A DNA stretch of 10,695 bases, from positions 1 through 10,695 of the forward strand of contig CAZEBC010000139.1 in assembly GCA_964510165.1 (NCBI GenBank), in the 5' to 3' direction. The position numbers and the translations under genes were made by a program. This stretch comes from an uncultured bacterium (GTDB lineage Bacteria; Abyssobacteria; SURF-5). Below the pieces are notes generated by a model. That model saw only the letters and a program-made list of their open reading frames with translations. It ran no database searches and was not told the DNA's origin. Below, piece by piece: positions 6,581 to 10,695 of this stretch (position 1 is the first letter of the stretch; each line of letters begins with the position of its first letter).

Positions 6581-8433
6581 CAACTTATCTTTTTTATGCG
6601 ATCTTCAGGGATATCAATGGAACCGTTCTTCATTTGAAGCCTGATTCCGTTGGGTGTCTTCTCATATGCTGTGCCTCGCATATTGTAGCCGCTTTTCAGA
6701 TAGACTATGACTTCGCCCGGTGAGGCCGTCGGCTCCGGAACCGGGGGAGAAGAGATCATCTCGACGACTTCCACTTCTTCGACGACCTCGGTTTCGGGCA
6801 GGTAGTCCATCTTGGGCTTCTTGTTGAGCGCCACCTTCAGTTTGACGGGTGAGGGATCGTTCCTGTAATCTTCGTAATACTTGAGTACTCGAGGCACATA
6901 CGCTTTGGTCTCTTTGAACGGGGGGATTCCGCCATACCGCAGGACATTGCCGGGTCCGGCGTTGTACGCGGCGAGCGCGAGGTTGAGGTCGTTGTTGAAA
7001 AGCTCGAGCATCCGCGAGAGATATTGCACGCCTCCGCCGATGTTGTCGCTCGGATCGAATATGTCCTGCACGTTCATTTCTTCCGCGGTCGGGGGCATGA
7101 GCTGCATCAGGCCTCTAGCGCCGGCGCTCGAGACGACGTAGGGGTCGAAATTGGATTCGGCCTTGATGACGGCTTTGACAAGCGCCGGTGAGACTCCGTA
7201 ATCCTTGGCGTAGAAACGAATGATCTCTTCGAGGTCGAACTCCTCGACCTCCGGCTCACCCTTTACCTTCCTAACGACTTTCTCCCTCGTGATCTTCTTG
7301 ATCGGCTCATAGTTAAGGAGCACATAATCCGGTCCCAGGTCCTTGACGTGGCTCGTCAACTTGAGTAATCCGGACTTGTGCTGATACAGATATATGTTCG
7401 GCTCTTTGCCCTCGCGCCCGTACAAATGACGCGGGACATGTCGTTTCTTGAACCCGTTCTCCTCCTCGGTCTTGCGGGCAGTCGCCTCATCACATTCTCT
7501 CGCGCGCTGAGCTATGGCCGAAGATTGCGAATCCACCGAGGCGGCAAGTTCATAGATCTGGTGGGTGATAATGCCACAAGGAAGGTCAAAAAACTCGTTT
7601 CCAACAAATGAAGGGGTAAGCGGGATTCGTCTACCTTCCTGTTTCAAGGCGACGAGCGCGGAGTACACATCATCGGGATAATTGTTCTGCGAAGAGAAGC
7701 GTATCTGCTCGGCATAATAACTCACGCGTGCCGACATCGAAGCGGCAAGGGAGGCAGGTTCATTGGAGAGAATGGTATACCAGACGGTCGCGACCGTCTC
7801 GACGGCCCGCTTGAAAGCCGGCGTTACAATATCGTTTCGGCATGCTGGATATCCGTCGCCCGCCAGGTATCGTGTTCTTACGAAGTTCTCGGAAAGACGG
7901 GAGTCATTTGCGAGACGGTCCAGATAGTTTGCCGGATAAGTCAGGGAAAAGGGAGCCGGAAGCAGGAACTTCTTAAAGGTGTCAAGGTCGGCGTCGATAT
8001 CATTCTCGAAGTCGGCCAGGAGCGCCGTGTCAGTCGAGCTCGAGCATGCAAGGGGCAATGTGGATTCGGCCACTGCCGAGCCAATTTGTCCGAGGCGGAA
8101 CGCGAAGTAATGTGATATTTCGACGTTGTGGGGGATTAGCATGAGAAGCTGGATATCTGGGGCGATTTGCGAGCCAATGCTTGGACTAATTGAGGCCTTG
8201 GTGGGCTGCTGCGGTTTCTTCTCTGACGCGCCCCGGAGCAGATCATCCTTGTATGGGCTGAGCCGAGCGGAGTATTCGGCGGGAAGCGCGTCAAGAGCGA
8301 GTTCGGCGATTTCGCGATGAGCGCGTGGTCCCCATGCCGAAGATTCACCCGGGAGCAGACAAGCACCAAGTGCGATCAGTGCGCAGAGCACGCGTCTGTA
8401 AGCGGCGCGAGGGCGCATAGTGATGGTGCGCAT
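6580..8433 (-). CDS. Secreted multidomain Slt-family (GH23) lytic transglycosylase, 617 aa
   Basis: SLT motifs AVIKAES (catalytic E426), GARGLMQLMP.TA, NIGGGVQYL, LALAAYNAGPG and PPFKETKAYV. Signal peptide ending SSA|W. The N-terminal helical region resembles the Zn-PLC/P1-nuclease fold, and there is a small C-terminal beta domain. An alternative ATG lies at 8418. Confidence 0.9.
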   Translation of the reverse strand: MRTITMRPRAAYRRVLCALIALGACLLPGESSAWGPRAHREIAELALDALPAEYSARLSPYKDDLLRGASEKKPQQPTKASISPSIGSQIAPDIQLLMLIPHNVEISHYFAFRLGQIGSAVAESTLPLACSSSTDTALLADFENDIDADLDTFKKFLLPAPFSLTYPANYLDRLANDSRLSENFVRTRYLAGDGYPACRNDIVTPAFKRAVETVATVWYTILSNEPASLAASMSARVSYYAEQIRFSSQNNYPDDVYSALVALKQEGRRIPLTPSFVGNEFFDLPCGIITHQIYELAASVDSQSSAIAQRARECDEATARKTEEENGFKKRHVPRHLYGREGKEPNIYLYQHKSGLLKLTSHVKDLGPDYVLLNYEPIKKITREKVVRKVKGEPEVEEFDLEEIIRFYAKDYGVSPALVKAVIKAESNFDPYVVSSAGARGLMQLMPPTAEEMNVQDIFDPSDNIGGGVQYLSRMLELFNNDLNLALAAYNAGPGNVLRYGGIPPFKETKAYVPRVLKYYEDYRNDPSPVKLKVALNKKPKMDYLPETEVVEEVEVVEMISSPPVPEPTASPGEVIVYLKSGYNMRGTAYEKTPNGIRLQMKNGSIDIPEDRIKKIS

Positions 8434-8452
8434 TTGTGTTGCCCCAATTGGA

Positions 8453-10695
8453 TCAACGCGACACGCCAGCGGCGTACAGAGTCATCTTGGTCGGACCGCT
8501 TCCGACTTCAATCGTATCGAGCACGTTGAGCCCTTCTGTCGCGATCACGGAAACATTGTTGTCAAAGCGGTTGGAAACATAAATATATCGGCCATCGGGG
8601 CTGACCATTACACCGCTTGGGCCGTTACCCAAGGGGAGTTCGCCGACGATCTTGAAGGTGTCGGTATCGATGACCGAGAGGGTCTGCGAGAAAAAATTGA
8701 CGCAGTAGAGGGTCCTTCCATCTGGCGAGAGCGCGAGCGCTTCGGGCCGGTCTCCGACCGGCAGAGCGCCAACCACCGAATCGCCCTGGATGGTGGTGAC
8801 TCTGTCCTCTATGGAATCGGCGACATACAACTTTCCATCGGGCCCGAGCGAGATCGCCTTGGGTGAGCGACCGACTTTGATCGTCGATACCACTTTATTG
8901 GCCTCAGTATCGACTATTGAGACGGCGCCCGAGTATCTGTCGGCGCTGTAGAGGCGTGTTCCGTCGGATGAGAGCGCCAACGCTATCGGTCCGGCGCCGA
9001 CCTTGACGGTGGAAACCACTTCGGCCTCCGGCATGGCGAGGACGGATATGGTGGAATCCTCATCATTGGCGACGTACACAATCTTCCCGTTCGGGTGTAG
9101 GGCCACTGCGCGAGGATAGAGTCCTACCGGGGTCCGGGAGAGCACTTTTCCCGTCTCGGCATCGACCACCAGCAGCGAATTCTCGTAGCGCATTGTTATG
9201 TAGAGACGGTTGGACAGCGGGTCAACGGCCAGTCCTTCAGGACGGTCTCTCAGGCGGAATTTCGAGACGATTTCGTGGGCGCGCATATCCATGACGCTGA
9301 TGTCGTGGCTGTCCTCGTTCACGATGAGGGCGGCAAGTGCTTGAATCTTCACGCCGCCGACCGTTTCGCCTTCGATCTTCATTTCCTGTTCGAGCGGCGG
9401 CACGAGTCGCGAGATGAGAAGTTGCTCCGGCTTGGCGGCAAGCGGCTTGCTTGGTTCCCTTGCAGGAACGGGTTCCGCCTCAGTCTGTTCCGACAGAGGT
9501 GGATGTGGTAACGCTTCTTTGACCCCAAACTCAGGGGAGATCGGCTCTGCCGATGCCGAGGCACGAGTTTGTGACGGTTCGAGCCGGGGTTGTAGCGACG
9601 CTGCGTCGGTCGCCTCAGTCTCGGTCGGTGCTGCGGGGAGTGTGGATGGCTCCTTCTCGGAGGCGCCGGTTTCGTCCGGTTCGACGCGCTCCTTGGCGGG
9701 AAGCGGCGGACTCTGGGGCGGGCGCCCGAGTTCCTTTGCGCCGGTTTCAGATCCCTCCGGCTGCAAGATGTAAAGCGCATCCGATTCACTAGCGGTCACG
9801 AGAACGATGTCGGAACCCGGGACCAGCGCGAGGTGTGTGGGAGCCTTTCCGACCGCGATATCGGAATGAGCGATGTCGTAGGGATCGGTAACGCGCAGGG
9901 TGTCGCTCTCCTTGTTGATCACGAAGAGCGTGGAGCCCTTCTGATCCATGGCGATGTCAAAGGGCGTCTGGCCAATGTGCAGCTCACCTTTGACTGATAG
10001 GGTTTCAGTGTCAATTACAACAAGCCTGCTGCCGTCATGATCGGCGACGTATAGTCGTGCGCCGTCCGGCGAGATTGCCACGGCTCGCGGGAATCCGCCG
10101 ACCGCGACTTCCTCAACAATCGCGCCTGTGCCCGAATCGAGGACGAGCACCGCCGCTTTCTCGCGTACCGCGACAAAGAGGAGCTTGCCGTCCGGGGAGA
10201 TGGCGAGGTCGTGTGGATAATCGTCGAGAGGGAATGCGGTTGTGGCTTGTCTCTGCCTGGTACTGATTACGGTGATGCTCTGGCCCATGAGATTGGCGAC
10301 GAATAGGGTGGCGTTATCCCCGGACAGGGCCATCGATAGAGGGCCGTCGTCCACTTGAATTCGCGATTCGACGGTATCGGTCTCAGGGTTTATGAGCCAC
10401 ACATCGCCCGATAGGAAATTGGCGGCGGCAAGAAACGAGTTGTCGCTCGCGATGGCGAGCGAAGAGGGCCCGTCCCCTGCAGCGATATCGGTGAGTTTGG
10501 CTTTCGTTGCAAGGTCTATGATGCTGAGATTGTCCGAACCAAAGTTGGCGACATATGCATACGCGCCGTCACGGGTAACCACTACGGCGCGCGGGTTTTC
10601 GTTTACCGGGATCGAGGTGGGATTTTGGTATTGCGCGGGTTGCGCGACGGCAGTCGCCGCAAGGAGAATGCAGAGCGCCAGTGTCGCGGGAAGCA
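8453..10695 (-). CDS. Secreted YVTN/YncE-family protein with two 7-bladed beta-propellers; partial at the 5' end, at least 746 aa
   Basis: About 14 repeats of roughly 42 aa of the form I.VG..P..lA.SPDG..LYVAN...VSVID. The frame stays open upstream of the track's GTG at 10582 to the window edge and reads LPATLALCILLAATAVA|QPAQYQNPTSIPVNENPRAVV, which is a signal peptide plus the first blade. Confidence 0.92.
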   Translation of the reverse strand, partial: LPATLALCILLAATAVAQPAQYQNPTSIPVNENPRAVVVTRDGAYAYVANFGSDNLSIIDLATKAKLTDIAAGDGPSSLAIASDNSFLAAANFLSGDVWLINPETDTVESRIQVDDGPLSMALSGDNATLFVANLMGQSITVISTRQRQATTAFPLDDYPHDLAISPDGKLLFVAVREKAAVLVLDSGTGAIVEEVAVGGFPRAVAISPDGARLYVADHDGSRLVVIDTETLSVKGELHIGQTPFDIAMDQKGSTLFVINKESDTLRVTDPYDIAHSDIAVGKAPTHLALVPGSDIVLVTASESDALYILQPEGSETGAKELGRPPQSPPLPAKERVEPDETGASEKEPSTLPAAPTETEATDAASLQPRLEPSQTRASASAEPISPEFGVKEALPHPPLSEQTEAEPVPAREPSKPLAAKPEQLLISRLVPPLEQEMKIEGETVGGVKIQALAALIVNEDSHDISVMDMRAHEIVSKFRLRDRPEGLAVDPLSNRLYITMRYENSLLVVDAETGKVLSRTPVGLYPRAVALHPNGKIVYVANDEDSTISVLAMPEAEVVSTVKVGAGPIALALSSDGTRLYSADRYSGAVSIVDTEANKVVSTIKVGRSPKAISLGPDGKLYVADSIEDRVTTIQGDSVVGALPVGDRPEALALSPDGRTLYCVNFFSQTLSVIDTDTFKIVGELPLGNGPSGVMVSPDGRYIYVSNRFDNNVSVIATEGLNVLDTIEVGSGPTKMTLYAAGVSR
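9345..9765 (-). other. Low-complexity Pro/Glu/Ala/Ser/Thr-rich linker between the two beta-propellers
   Basis: Translation RPPQSPPLPAKERVEPDETGASEKEPSTLPAAPTETEATDAASLQP...PVPAREPSKP (about 140 aa) has almost no aromatic residues and no repeat motif. Boundaries are approximate. Confidence 0.75.

Noticed and set aside
6580-8433. SLT gene as a sign of a prophage, conjugation or secretion system
   Set aside because: No phage, T4SS, T3SS, T6SS or mobility genes flank it, and it overlaps the ABC transporter gene.
9-10266. Many plus-strand and alternative-frame ORFs of 60-251 aa (e.g. 490-987, 4463-5218, 5514-6233, 4221-4766)
   Set aside because: They lie almost wholly within well-supported minus-strand genes and show no recognisable motifs. 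They are typical shadow ORFs of GC-rich DNA.
10580-10582. GTG at 10582 as the start of the propeller gene
   Set aside because: It falls mid-blade. The frame is open to the window edge and encodes a signal peptide upstream.
8453-10620. Periodic repeats as a DNA repeat array or CRISPR
   Set aside because: The periodicity is only at protein level (propeller blades). I saw no identical nucleotide repeats with spacers.

Overview
The window is an edge-to-edge run of seven co-oriented minus-strand genes with gaps of at most 19 bp or short overlaps, so it is very probably part of one operon from a fairly GC-rich bacterium. In transcription order: (1) a secreted protein with two YVTN/YncE-type beta-propellers (5' end cut off); (2) a secreted Slt-family lytic transglycosylase with an apparently degenerate Zn-phospholipase C/P1-nuclease-like N-terminal domain; (3) a carbohydrate ABC substrate-binding lipoprotein fused to a MalF-like permease; (4) a MalG-like permease; (5) a SpoIID/LytB lytic transglycosylase with a SPOR-like insert; (6) a NamZ/DUF1343 exo-beta-N-acetylmuramidase without a signal peptide; (7) a NagZ-type GH3 beta-N-acetylglucosaminidase (3' end cut off, missing from the ORF track). 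Together these suggest a peptidoglycan glycan-strand release, import and cytoplasmic breakdown system that uses a sugar-type ABC importer instead of AmpG or the MurP PTS. All family assignments come from reading motifs by eye; no database search was run. I saw no RNA genes, mobile elements, CRISPR arrays or DNA-level repeats.
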